Shown here: in pieces, positions 41,005-50,121 of the stretch | Layout of the letters: every line of letters begins with the position of its first letter | How positions within the stretch are numbered: the stretch's first letter is position 1 | From: an uncultured Chloroflexota bacterium | GTDB taxonomy: Bacteria; Chloroflexota; Limnocylindria; Limnocylindrales; CSP1-4 | NCBI GenBank assembly: GCA_903822495.1 | Contig: CAIJPD010000059.1 | Span: 7,130 to 71,129, forward strand | DNA length: 64,000 nt | Reading direction: 5' to 3' | Notes under the pieces: generated by a model | Databases searched by the model: none | Seen by the model: the letters and a program-made list of their open reading frames with translations, nothing else | What the model was told of the DNA's origin: nothing | Position numbers and translations under genes: made by a program

Positions 41005-41703
41005 CTAGCTGAGCTCGAGCACCAGCGCCACGCCCAGCGCCAGCAGCCAGATCGCCCAGGCCGTGTAGGCGATGGGGACCAGGCGCTCCGCCACCGTCCA
41101 CCCGCGCGGACCCGCCCGCCCAACGAACTCCAGCGAGCCCACGATCAGGGCGGTGCCCAGCAGGAGGCCCAGCCAGCCCAGCAGGTCCGGCGCCGCCGGC
41201 GAGACGATGAGCGCCAGGCCCACGACCGCCGTCCATGCGCCGGTCAACAGGTAGCCGAGGTGCTCGCCGACGGCGACCCCCAGGTACCGGTGCACAGCCT
41301 CGAAGACCAGCGCCACCGTCGCCCGTTCGGCGTCGGACGAGGCCTCGGCGTGCCGGCGTGCCAGCACCGGGACCAGGAACGGCCAGCGCAGCAGGCCCAG
41401 GGCCTGCACGAGGCTGGCGGCGACGCCCATGGCCAGGCTCGTGAGCGCCAGCGACTGGCCGGCGGGCGCCAACTGGACGGCAAGCAGCGCCGACACCGGT
41501 GTCAGCGCGAGGGCAGTGAGCATGAAGGCCCACCACGTGACCACGAGCCGGGTGCCGCCGCTGGTGAACCGGGTCAGGATCTCGCCGGTCTCGCGACGGA
41601 GGATGTCCGGGTAGTCGAACGACCGACCCAGGGCCAGGAAGAGCACGTTGAACGCGATGGGGAGCCCGATCAGGAGCAGGCCAAGGACGACACGCGACTC
41701 CAC
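41005..41703 (-). CDS. DUF4386-family membrane protein
   Basis: FDYPDILR, ALGLLRWPFLVP-LA, GVAVGEHLGY; AAGGAG RBS before GTG 41703. Confidence 0.82.
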   Translation of the reverse strand: MESRVVLGLLLIGLPIAFNVLFLALGRSFDYPDILRRETGEILTRFTSGGTRLVVTWWAFMLTALALTPVSALLAVQLAPAGQSLALTSLAMGVAASLVQALGLLRWPFLVPVLARRHAEASSDAERATVALVFEAVHRYLGVAVGEHLGYLLTGAWTAVVGLALIVSPAAPDLLGWLGLLLGTALIVGSLEFVGRAGPRGWTVAERLVPIAYTAWAIWLLALGVALVLELS

Positions 41704-41877
41704 GGGGCGGCTCCTTCGGGGGCTGGGGCTGGGGCTGCGGCTGGGGCTGCGGCTGGCGCGCTCGTCGAGGGCGGACGCGGGGAGAAGTCTACCGAGGCCG
41801 TGGCCCGGCAGGACACCCACCGTCATGGCCCAGGGCCAACGCGACGCCAGGTGGCCTCCACGACCACCGGCCGCGGG

Positions 41878-42012
41878 TCACGCGTGCCCGGGACCGCCCT
41901 CAGCGGCCACCCTCCGGAGCACCGCCTCGATCATCAGGCAGGCGGCGCCAGCGGCGCGCTCGCGCGCGAACTTCAGCTTCCGAATCAGGACATTCCAGTA
42001 CCGGACTGTCAC
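41878..42012 (-). CDS. Possible 44-aa small protein
   Basis: GAGGAG 7 nt upstream of GTG; sequence MTVRYWNVLIRKLKFARERAAGAACLMIEAVLRRV... Confidence 0.4.
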   Translation of the reverse strand: MTVRYWNVLIRKLKFARERAAGAACLMIEAVLRRVAAEGGPGHA

Positions 42013-42189
42013 TGAAGGCTCCTCGGGACACGGTGCCGTCGGCGCTGGGGGCGCCTCTCGCACTGCCGTTGTTCGGCCCGGCGACGACGAATCGGCAGGG
42101 CCGAATGGCCCGGTTCGTCCGGGTCTGGTGGGGTGCGCGGTGGTCGCGTGCCCGGCCGCCGGCGGTCGGCTGGGGGCTCGCTCGACCCC

Positions 42190-43452
42190 TCACTCGCCGC
42201 TGGTCGTGCTGTCCGAGGCCGCGTTCTCGCGCCGGGCGAGCAGGACCAGCGGCAGCGCCACGACCTGGATGACGGCTGCCACCAGCAACGACGCCGCGTA
42301 GCCGCTGACGTCCGCGACCCGACCCAGGACGGGCTGGGCGACCACGCCCCCGGCCGAGCCCATGAGCGAGTCGAAGGAGAGGACCGTGGCCCGCTGCTCC
42401 GACGGGATGACGCCGTTCAGCAACGCCGAGCGCACGGGCCGGCTGACCGCTGCCACGAAGGACCAGGCCGCCAGCAGCACCAGGGCGACCACGATGCCCT
42501 GGGCGAGCCAGATCAGCGCCAGCGCGCCGCTGCCCAGGAGCGTCCCGGCGATGAGCACATCCGTCCGACGCCGGAACCGGCGAACCAGCCCGGGAACCAT
42601 GAGGCCCGCGGCAATCTGCACCCCGGCCATGATGGCCGATGCCAGGCCGGCGACGCTGTACGCCGTGGGGTCGCCGTAGAGCTGCAGCAGGTACGGCTGC
42701 GCCGCATAGAAGACGTAGATGCCGGTCCCGGCCGTGAGGGGGGCCGCCACCATGAGCCAGCGGACCGGCCGGTTGCGCAGGCCGCCGTCAAGCGAGCCGC
42801 GCAGGACGTTGCGGACGGCGCGTCCGGCGGTCACGTCGCGTGCGGGGGTGAAGCCGATGTCGCGCATGAACCGGAGCGCGACCACCATCGACACACCCAG
42901 CAGGACGGCGCGGATCGCGTACGGCACGCCCGGGTTGGTGGCCTGGGCGATGACGCCACCCGCCACCGTCCCGACCAGCATCGCCGCCCCGCCAACGGCT
43001 TGCGCCCGCCCAAAGACGTGCTCCAGGTGGCCTTCGAACCCGGTCGCGCGGAGCGCGTCCACCAGCCAGGCCTCGGTGGCGCCGGAGAAGAACGTGAAGC
43101 CCAGGCCCAGGAGGACCGACGCGATGGCCCAGCTCCAGAGCGGCGCATGGGCGTCCCACATCGCCAGGTACAGGAGCGTCGCCAGCAGCAGCGTGACCGT
43201 GCCCAGGACGAAGGAGAAGCGGCGCCCGCGGGTGTCGGCCACGATGCCGGTGGGGATCTCGAAGATCACCATGCCCACCGTGAAGAAGGCGTTGGCGGCG
43301 AAGGCCTCGCCGATCGTCAGCCCGGCATCCAGCAGGAAGATGGTGTTGATGCCCCAGATGAACGACGTCGCCAGCGTGGTCAGCAGGGTCAGGACGAGAT
43401 AGGTCCGCTCCACCGCCCGGGCGGGGTCATTCCGTGCGACGGGGGACGCCAT
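42190..43452 (-). CDS. MFS transporter
   Basis: FEIPTGIVADTRGRR, FFSGATEAWLVDAL; 12 TMs. Confidence 0.9.
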   Translation of the reverse strand: MASPVARNDPARAVERTYLVLTLLTTLATSFIWGINTIFLLDAGLTIGEAFAANAFFTVGMVIFEIPTGIVADTRGRRFSFVLGTVTLLLATLLYLAMWDAHAPLWSWAIASVLLGLGFTFFSGATEAWLVDALRATGFEGHLEHVFGRAQAVGGAAMLVGTVAGGVIAQATNPGVPYAIRAVLLGVSMVVALRFMRDIGFTPARDVTAGRAVRNVLRGSLDGGLRNRPVRWLMVAAPLTAGTGIYVFYAAQPYLLQLYGDPTAYSVAGLASAIMAGVQIAAGLMVPGLVRRFRRRTDVLIAGTLLGSGALALIWLAQGIVVALVLLAAWSFVAAVSRPVRSALLNGVIPSEQRATVLSFDSLMGSAGGVVAQPVLGRVADVSGYAASLLVAAVIQVVALPLVLLARRENAASDSTTSGE

Positions 43453-43546
43453 GGCCCGACTCTATCCGAAGCCCCGTCGGTGTGCGATAAGGGGCGACGC
43501 AGCCGGAGCAGTGGCCCGCTCCTGCCGAGCCTTGGGTAGTAGCCGG

Positions 43547-43843
43547 TCAGGCCCTCGCCGGGTTCGACGCCTTGCCGTCCAGCCACAGGGTGTCGCTCTC
43601 GTCGCGGTGCACGCCGTCGCCGCCGACGTGCTTCGAGCCGATCGACGCGCCATTCTTGATGACCTGGACGAGCGCCATCGCATGCCCGCGACCCAGGTCG
43701 AAGTCGCGCTTCAGCCAGTCCACGATGACACCCGCCTTGGTCGACGGTTCGTCGTACCCGAGCTCCCTGGCGAGGGTGACCAACTCGCGCGGCGTCTTGC
43801 CCGTCTTGTCCTCGATGCTGTCGAGGTGGGCCTGGAACGACAT
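43547..43843 (-). CDS. DUF4287 domain protein
   Basis: MSFQA-LD-IE-KTGK...WLK-DF-LGRGHAMAL. Confidence 0.88.
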   Translation of the reverse strand: MSFQAHLDSIEDKTGKTPRELVTLARELGYDEPSTKAGVIVDWLKRDFDLGRGHAMALVQVIKNGASIGSKHVGGDGVHRDESDTLWLDGKASNPARA

Positions 43844-43920
43844 CCCCTTCTCCTCGCGGCACTCCGATCGCTCGAAACCCTGGCAGGCAAGTGGGCGCCC
43901 GGGGCGACAGCGTCCCCGGT

Positions 43921-45036
43921 TCACGCCGTGACGAGCACCCCCTCGTCCCTGGCGGGGACGGCCGCGCCGGCCAGGACGGCCTCCAGGGCGTCGGCCCCGC
44001 CGACCGCCCCGGGCGCCGAGCGGACGCTCGCACCCAGGCGAGCCGCGGCCGCGCGGTGCGGGCCGTCCGCGAGCAGCGTCCCCACGGCCGCACCGATCGC
44101 GTCCGGGCGGGCCTTCGGCGCGACCAGGCGGCCGGCGCCGAAGCGCTCGATGCTGCGCCCAACGAGACGGTGGTCCGCCTTCGTGTCCAGCGGCAACACG
44201 ACCACCCCAGCGTCGTGGGCCAGGGCCCGCATCGCCGTCCCGTGGCCGCCGTGCCCCAGCACGACGCTCGTGTGCGGCATCAGCTCATCGTGCGGGACGA
44301 CGCGGTGCACCTCGACGCCGGCGGGCACCCGCAGCGATGCCGGGTCGATGTGCGGACCGGTCGTGACGACGATCCGGGCGGGGAGCCCGACGCAGCCGTC
44401 GATCGCGTCCTGCAGTCGCTTCCCCATGCCCGAATAGCCGAAGGTGCTCAGGCTCACCAGGACGGTGGGCTCGCCGGGCTCGCGGGGTTTCCACGTCACG
44501 ATGGGGCCGACCTGGCTGACGGGCGCCCCGGGTCGGACGCGGTCCAGCTCCGGCAGGCTCGTCACGACCCGCACGGCGGCGTCGCGCAGGGACCGTGCAG
44601 GGCGCAGGCCGCGGGCGCGAATGACGAGCCCGAGGGGTCCGCTCAGCGCGCCCTGGTAGTACTCGTCGAAGAAGTGCTCGAGCACGGCATACCGCACCCC
44701 GCTCTCCCGGGCGGCATCCAGGGCGCCCAGCTGCAGGGCGTCAACAAGCACGAGGTCCGCCGGGCGTCGGCCGAGCTCCGCCAGCAGGTCCCGGCCCATC
44801 CCCTTGTCGCCGAACGTGGCAAGGAGCTCCGGCAGGCTGTGGTCGGCCCCCGCCCGGAAGTCGCGCGCCTCAGGCGCTGCGACGGGGGTGAATCCGGCCG
44901 CCTCGATCGCGTCGCGCTGCGCGCGGTGCCCGAGCACCCGGATCCTGTGCCCGCGATCCGCGAGCTCGGTGGCAATGGCGAAGGCGGGCGGCACGTTGCC
45001 ACCTCCGTCCCATGTGACGACGACGATCTCGGCCAT
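43921..45036 (-). CDS. GT1-family (UDP/macrolide-type) glycosyltransferase
   Basis: WDGGGNVPP, VPHDEL, HGGHGT, P---D donor-binding region. Confidence 0.88.
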   Translation of the reverse strand: MAEIVVVTWDGGGNVPPAFAIATELADRGHRIRVLGHRAQRDAIEAAGFTPVAAPEARDFRAGADHSLPELLATFGDKGMGRDLLAELGRRPADLVLVDALQLGALDAARESGVRYAVLEHFFDEYYQGALSGPLGLVIRARGLRPARSLRDAAVRVVTSLPELDRVRPGAPVSQVGPIVTWKPREPGEPTVLVSLSTFGYSGMGKRLQDAIDGCVGLPARIVVTTGPHIDPASLRVPAGVEVHRVVPHDELMPHTSVVLGHGGHGTAMRALAHDAGVVVLPLDTKADHRLVGRSIERFGAGRLVAPKARPDAIGAAVGTLLADGPHRAAAARLGASVRSAPGAVGGADALEAVLAGAAVPARDEGVLVTA

Positions 45037-45122
45037 GACGACTCCTGCGGCGGTAGGTGGGTTGAAGGGACGCCCCGGGCGCGGGGGTGTGGGATTGCCT
45101 GCGTCACGCAGGAGGGCCTGCG

Positions 45123-45713
45123 TCAGCCGGACGGCTGCGCGAGGACGGCGCGGACGAGCATCTCCATCCGTTCGCCTGTGGTGCGGACGGACAGGCCGCG
45201 GTCGCGGCGGAGGAGCTTCCACGTGTAGACGTCGGTGGCGACCACCAGGAGGTCGAGTCGCGCCTCCGCATCCGGCCCGGCCGGCAGCAGGGGACCGAAG
45301 ACCTCCTCGGCCCAGCGCCGGTGCATGGCGCGCCCCTGGGCCGTGAGGCGGGCGGCAAACGGCTGGAACGCCTCCTGCGCGAGGAGCAGCAGCACGCCGT
45401 CGCCGCGGAGCTCGTAGTGCTCCACGATCGCGCGGATGGCGCCCGGTACGTCCCCGGGCTCCGACCGGCGCTCGCGCTCGATCTCCCGGGTGGCCCATTC
45501 CTCCGCGGCGGCAAAGAGGCCATCGCGGCTCCCGAAGTGGCGCAGGACCGTCTGGACGCTCACGCCCGCGGCGGCCGCGACATCGACGAGCGAGATGTCC
45601 GAGGCGAGGCGCTCGAAATGGAGGGCGACGGCGGCGGCGACGATCCGCTGGCGGGTCTCGGCAACGGCCTCGGCCCGTGCGGTCATCCGGTACGGGCGCG
45701 TCGACAGGTTCAT
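45123..45713 (-). CDS. TetR-family transcriptional regulator
   Basis: TRQRIVAAA, DVAAAAGVSVQTVLRHFGSRDGL. Confidence 0.9.
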   Translation of the reverse strand: MNLSTRPYRMTARAEAVAETRQRIVAAAVALHFERLASDISLVDVAAAAGVSVQTVLRHFGSRDGLFAAAEEWATREIERERRSEPGDVPGAIRAIVEHYELRGDGVLLLLAQEAFQPFAARLTAQGRAMHRRWAEEVFGPLLPAGPDAEARLDLLVVATDVYTWKLLRRDRGLSVRTTGERMEMLVRAVLAQPSG

Positions 45714-45721
45714 GTCAACGC

Positions 45722-45751
45722 ACAGTAACGCCAAAGTGATATTCGTGTCAA
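45722..45751 (-). promoter_or_regulatory. Sigma70-type promoter of the tetR-glycosyltransferase operon
   Basis: Minus strand TTGACA-N18-TACTGT, 8 nt before the ATG. Confidence 0.55.
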
Positions 45752-45935
45752 CGGCGAGTCATGCGAAGATCGCGTCCTGGCTGGCGCCAGCTGCATTGCG
45801 CGCCGTTCTCGGCCCTCGGAGCCGGAGGGCGGACTTCCGGTTGGCCGTCGTGCCAAGGCTCGAGCCAGGTTGAGAGACCCGGACCAGGGCACCGACGGGC
45901 GGGGCGAGCCTGGCAGCGCCGACGCTGCCGCGTCG

Positions 45936-46352
45936 TCAGCCGGGGATCATCCCGAGCTGCTGCGCCAGGCCGAAGATGTCGGTGGTGTCCCACTCCTCCG
46001 CGACCCGACCATCGGCCACCCGGCGGATGTACGTCCCGGTCAGCACGATCGGCTTGCCGGTCGCCGGCACGCCCATGTAGGCACCCTGGTGGGTGAAGCG
46101 GTTGGTCCAATGAACGCCGACCTTGTCGCCCTCCACGATGACCGGCGCGAACGTCATCACCATGTCCGGGAAGGCCGCCGTGAGGCCGGTCATGAACCCG
46201 ACGTAGCCGTCACGGTCCAGCTCGGTCCCGGCGGCCCCGTGGTACTGGAAGCCTGGGGCGAGCAGGTCGTCATGGAGCGCCGCGAACTCCCGCGCGGCGA
46301 TGGCTCGGGAGACGTTCAGGGCGGCTTCCTGGGTGGCTTCTCGGTCGGACAT
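45936..46352 (-). CDS. SnoaL-like ester cyclase (NTF2 fold)
   Basis: AFPDM, EGDKV, THQGAYMGVPATGK, DGRVAEEW; GAGGAG RBS. Confidence 0.9.
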   Translation of the reverse strand: MSDREATQEAALNVSRAIAAREFAALHDDLLAPGFQYHGAAGTELDRDGYVGFMTGLTAAFPDMVMTFAPVIVEGDKVGVHWTNRFTHQGAYMGVPATGKPIVLTGTYIRRVADGRVAEEWDTTDIFGLAQQLGMIPG

Positions 46353-46411
46353 GGCGGCTCCTCGCGTGGCTGTGGTTGGTTGAGACCTGAGCATCGGCTG
46401 CCACTCTCTAT

Positions 46412-46442
46412 TTGACAAGTACGCACTATCAGGTGCGATACT
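46412..46442 (+). promoter_or_regulatory. hxlR promoter overlapping an inverted repeat (candidate operator)
   Basis: TTGACA at 46412, TGcGATACT extended -10 ending 6 nt before ATG; AGTACGCAC-N6-GTGCG(A)TACT inverted repeat. Confidence 0.55.
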
Positions 46443-46448
46443 CTCCAG

Positions 46449-46880
46449 ATGGAAAGCCCAGACTTCGTCGATATCGCCCTCGACGACCCGCCCACCACCT
46501 ACCAACTGCACGACCGGGTCTACTACTGCCCGGTGAACCTCGCGATCGAGGCGATCACCGGCAAGTGGAAGACGCTCATCCTGTGGCAGCTCACGTTGCA
46601 CGGCAGCGTGCGCTACGGGGGGCTCAAGCGAGCCATCCCCGGGATCACCCACAAGATGCTCGTCCAGTCGCTCCGTCAGCTCGAGACGGACGATCTCATC
46701 GAGCGCCACGTCTTCGACGTGGTGCCGCCCCACGTCGAATACCGGCTGAGCCCGGAGGGCCGACGCCTGGAGCCCGTCCTGCGCGCGCTCGAGCAGTTCG
46801 GCGAGCGCTACGCGGCGACCCACGGTGACGGTCCGGGCATTGGCGCGGTGGGCGAGCGCTCCGACATCTGGCCAGCGTAG
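46449..46880 (+). CDS. HxlR-family winged-helix regulator
   Basis: CPV---IE-I-GKWK-LIL, IPGITHKML-QSLR-LE-D, VPPHVEY-LS. Confidence 0.92.
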   Translation: MESPDFVDIALDDPPTTYQLHDRVYYCPVNLAIEAITGKWKTLILWQLTLHGSVRYGGLKRAIPGITHKMLVQSLRQLETDDLIERHVFDVVPPHVEYRLSPEGRRLEPVLRALEQFGERYAATHGDGPGIGAVGERSDIWPA

Positions 46881-46889
46881 GGTTCGGGC

Positions 46890-47561
46890 ATGCGACTCCG
46901 CCTGCGTCGGGGCAAGCCCACCGAGACCAGCCGACTGGAGGCATTCAGCGACGGCGTCTTCGCGGTCGCGATCACGCTGCTGGCGCTGGATCTGGCACGC
47001 ATCCACGCCGACTCAGGGGCGGTCCCGCCGGTGACCCTGTTTGACTCCCTGCGAACCGGGTGGCCGACGCTGCTGGCCTTCGGCGGGGCCTTTGCCTTCG
47101 TGGGCATCGCCTGGACGAACCACCACAACGTCTTCGTCCGCGTGAAGTCGATCTCGAGATCGATCAACGGCGCAAACCTCATCCTCCTCGCGGCCGTCGC
47201 GATGGTGCCGTGGGCGACGTCCGCACTGGCCGATGGTCTGGTCGACAACGCCGACGAAGCGAGCCGCCAGGCGATGCTCCTGTACGCCGCGGTCACGGGG
47301 TTTGGTGCGTTGACCTGGGGCTTGTTGTTCCAGATCCTGTCATCCAACCCCGACCTTCTCGAGGACCCGCTCAGCGCCCATCAGTTCGCGGCGGACCGAG
47401 TGGGAACCGTCATGGGGCTGACGCTCCTGACGGTCGCCACAGCCGTGGGCTACATCTGGTCGCCGCTCATCGGCTCCGTGCTCCTGTTGCTGATCCCGGT
47501 GATCTTCGCGGTCGCCTCCGAGGGGTTTGAGCGCACTGGTTCCCCCGGGACAGCCGCCTGA
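46890..47561 (+). CDS. TMEM175-family (DUF1211) K+ channel-like protein
   Basis: SRLEAFSDGVFAVAITLL and W-NHH motifs. Confidence 0.88.
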   Translation: MRLRLRRGKPTETSRLEAFSDGVFAVAITLLALDLARIHADSGAVPPVTLFDSLRTGWPTLLAFGGAFAFVGIAWTNHHNVFVRVKSISRSINGANLILLAAVAMVPWATSALADGLVDNADEASRQAMLLYAAVTGFGALTWGLLFQILSSNPDLLEDPLSAHQFAADRVGTVMGLTLLTVATAVGYIWSPLIGSVLLLLIPVIFAVASEGFERTGSPGTAA

Positions 47562-47704
47562 CTCATCCGGTTTGCAGGCCCTGCGGAGGCGCCCTCGGGT
47601 TGGCCCTCGCGGTTGGGAGGCGGCCCCGTCCAACGGCGGCCTCACCGTCGGACGGCCGCGGCCAATGCCCCGAGACCTGCAGGCGTGGGCCTCCGACGCG
47701 ACCC

Positions 47705-48409
47705 CTACAACCCGGAATCTGCGGTGGAACGCAGGTAGGCGATGACCTCGTCGAGCGGGATGACGTCTGCGTACTTCTGTTCCAGATCGAACAGGTTCAA
47801 GGCGTGCGTGGCCTCATGCCGATCGAACACGCACTCCTCCGGGATGACCATCTTGAGACGGCTCGTCTTGCCGTCCACGACCGACGCGCGCACGCACCCG
47901 CTCGTCGATTCGCCCGCCACGATCACCGTGTCCACGCCGAGGCCGGTCAGGACCCCGGCGAGCGGGGTCCCCCAGAACGCGCTGGGCGCCGATTTGAGGA
48001 TCGTCATCTCCCCGGGGATGGGGGCCACCTCGTCGATGATCTGATTGCCCCTCGCGCGTCGCGCCCGCAGCTCCGGCGCGTCGACGGCATTGCCGCGGAG
48101 CACGCCGTCGTTCCAGCTCGGCACGCTCTCGAGCGTCGTCGTGTGGATCACCGGGATCCCCAGCCGACGTGCCTCCGCGAGGAGCCGTTGGATGTGGGGG
48201 AGGGCGTCCCAGCCAGCCATCCCGCAGCTGCTCGGCCAGGTCTCGATCGCCTCCATGAGGGGCTCCGGCTTGTCCCCGAACACCCAGCGGTAGAGGTCAA
48301 CCAGCAGGAGGGCCGGCCGCTTGCCGACCCCCATGCGGGCCGCCGGGAGCCGCCCGACGTGCTGCCGGTCCTGATCGGTCAGGAACCGGTCCCAGACTCG
48401 CTCGGCCAT
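47705..48409 (-). CDS. Isochorismatase-family cysteine hydrolase (maleamate/N-carbamoyl amidase-like)
   Basis: LLLVD, K---SAFWGT, GESTSGCVRASVVD, ECVFDR. Confidence 0.9.
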   Translation of the reverse strand: MAERVWDRFLTDQDRQHVGRLPAARMGVGKRPALLLVDLYRWVFGDKPEPLMEAIETWPSSCGMAGWDALPHIQRLLAEARRLGIPVIHTTTLESVPSWNDGVLRGNAVDAPELRARRARGNQIIDEVAPIPGEMTILKSAPSAFWGTPLAGVLTGLGVDTVIVAGESTSGCVRASVVDGKTSRLKMVIPEECVFDRHEATHALNLFDLEQKYADVIPLDEVIAYLRSTADSGL

Positions 48410-49516
48410 CTACGGCCAGCCGATCTCGGTGTTGAAGCCCAGATCCTTGAGCTTGTTGAGGTAGGACATGTCGCCGACGACCCCGAGATCGACGTCCTTC
48501 ACCGCGGGGCTGACAGTCGCCAGGATGTCGCGGTTGAGCGCGAAGTCGTCCTTGGTGAAGCCGAATCCCTTGTTGCAGAGCCCGGCCAGACACTGGTCGA
48601 GGGAAGCCTTCGCGACCGTGGCATCGACGGTCGTGTACGCCTGGAACGCCGTCACGGCCAACGGCGTCTTGGTGAACATCGCCTTCTGTGCCTCGAGCTG
48701 CGCGGCGATGATCCGAAGGATCGTGTTTGGGTTCTTGGCGGCCCATGCCTTCGTCAACGTCAGGCCGTCGATCCCGAACCGCACTCCCGACTTCGTGAGG
48801 TCCACCAGCACGTTGTAGCCCAGGGCCTGCAGTTTGGGGACGCCGGTGGTGCTGACCGGTGCGCTGGCGACGGCACCGCTCACCATCGCGGCGATCTGGG
48901 AGGCCTCGTTGCCGATGCCCTGGATGATCACGTCGGACGCCTTGAGGCCCAGCTGACTGAGCGAGGCCACCACGGCGGCGTGCGACACACCGCCCAGGCT
49001 GCTGATCGCGATGGACTTGCCCTTCAGGTCGGCGCCCGTCTTGATGTCCTTGCCGCCCATCAGCATGTAGGCGAGGTAGTTGGACTCCATGGTGGCCATG
49101 ATCAGCGGAGAATCGGTCAGCGCCGCCGACAGGACATTGCCCGGCCCCGTCAGGGCGGCCTGGATCTGGCCGGCCAGGAGGCTCTGGAGCGCGGCCCCCG
49201 CGCCCTCCATCGAAAGGACCTTGACCGTCAGGCCGTACTTCTGGAACAACCCAATGTCATTGGCCAGCTGGCTGGGGTACTGGTTGATCGCCAGGTTGTT
49301 GGTGACGCCGATCGTGATGGTCGTGGTCTCGGCGGGCGGGAGGACGACCGGCGTGGCGGCCGCGGCGGAAGCAGCGGCGGATGCGGCCGACGTGGGCGGC
49401 GCGGCCGACGGGGCGGAGGGCGCGGGTGTGGCCCCGGACGTGCAGGCCGTCGCGATCAGCGAAACAGCCAGGAGCAGGGCCGTGCCCGGCACGGGGCGCG
49501 AGAGGATCCGGGTCAC
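48410..49516 (-). CDS. ABC substrate-binding lipoprotein, NMT1/THI5 type, 368 aa
   Basis: Lipobox IATAC; IKTGADLKGKSIAIS; GGAGG RBS; abuts the isochorismatase start. Confidence 0.85.
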   Translation of the reverse strand: MTRILSRPVPGTALLLAVSLIATACTSGATPAPSAPSAAPPTSAASAAASAAAATPVVLPPAETTTITIGVTNNLAINQYPSQLANDIGLFQKYGLTVKVLSMEGAGAALQSLLAGQIQAALTGPGNVLSAALTDSPLIMATMESNYLAYMLMGGKDIKTGADLKGKSIAISSLGGVSHAAVVASLSQLGLKASDVIIQGIGNEASQIAAMVSGAVASAPVSTTGVPKLQALGYNVLVDLTKSGVRFGIDGLTLTKAWAAKNPNTILRIIAAQLEAQKAMFTKTPLAVTAFQAYTTVDATVAKASLDQCLAGLCNKGFGFTKDDFALNRDILATVSPAVKDVDLGVVGDMSYLNKLKDLGFNTEIGWP

Positions 49517-50121
49517 GTGAAACCTCCGTTTGCGCCGCCTGCGGGGTGGCCGGCCAGCTGGGCTGAAGGCCAGGCGGCTCGCGGGAGAGCTGGGTCAGCG
49601 TGCGCGCGGCGGTGTCAAGGCGAAATCCATATGGCCACAGTGGGCAGTTTTCGAGCAGGTCCCGGCGCACGGTGGCAGGTAGACGGCGAGGTGGATCGTG
49701 GGCCGCTCGAGCCTGTCGCCGTACGACGGGCCCCGCGCGGCCGGCCGAACTGGCGGTAGATGTCGGTGGCATCGCTCTCGTCCCAGAGCTGCGCGATCGA
49801 GTGCTCTGCCGGTGAGGCAGGGGGCAACCAGCGCAGCCGCGTCCGCGCGGTCGCGGCTGTCTCCGTCCCCTGCTGGCCTCGCGCCGCTTCCGGGCGAAGA
49901 GGACCCTCTCCGCGATGGGCTACGAGAGTATCGTTCGCTCACGCAGCTCACCGGCGTGCACGCGATGCGATCTCGCGGTCGTCATCCTCGCTGGCGGGCT
50001 CGGCGGTGCGGGACGCCTCTCGAGGACGGACGTGGAACAGCTGACGCACGGCCAACCTTCTGGCCCCGGGCGGCCCCGGCGATCGTGGGTCGCTGGCGGT
50101 ACGGCGGGCGGCAGCCACGCC

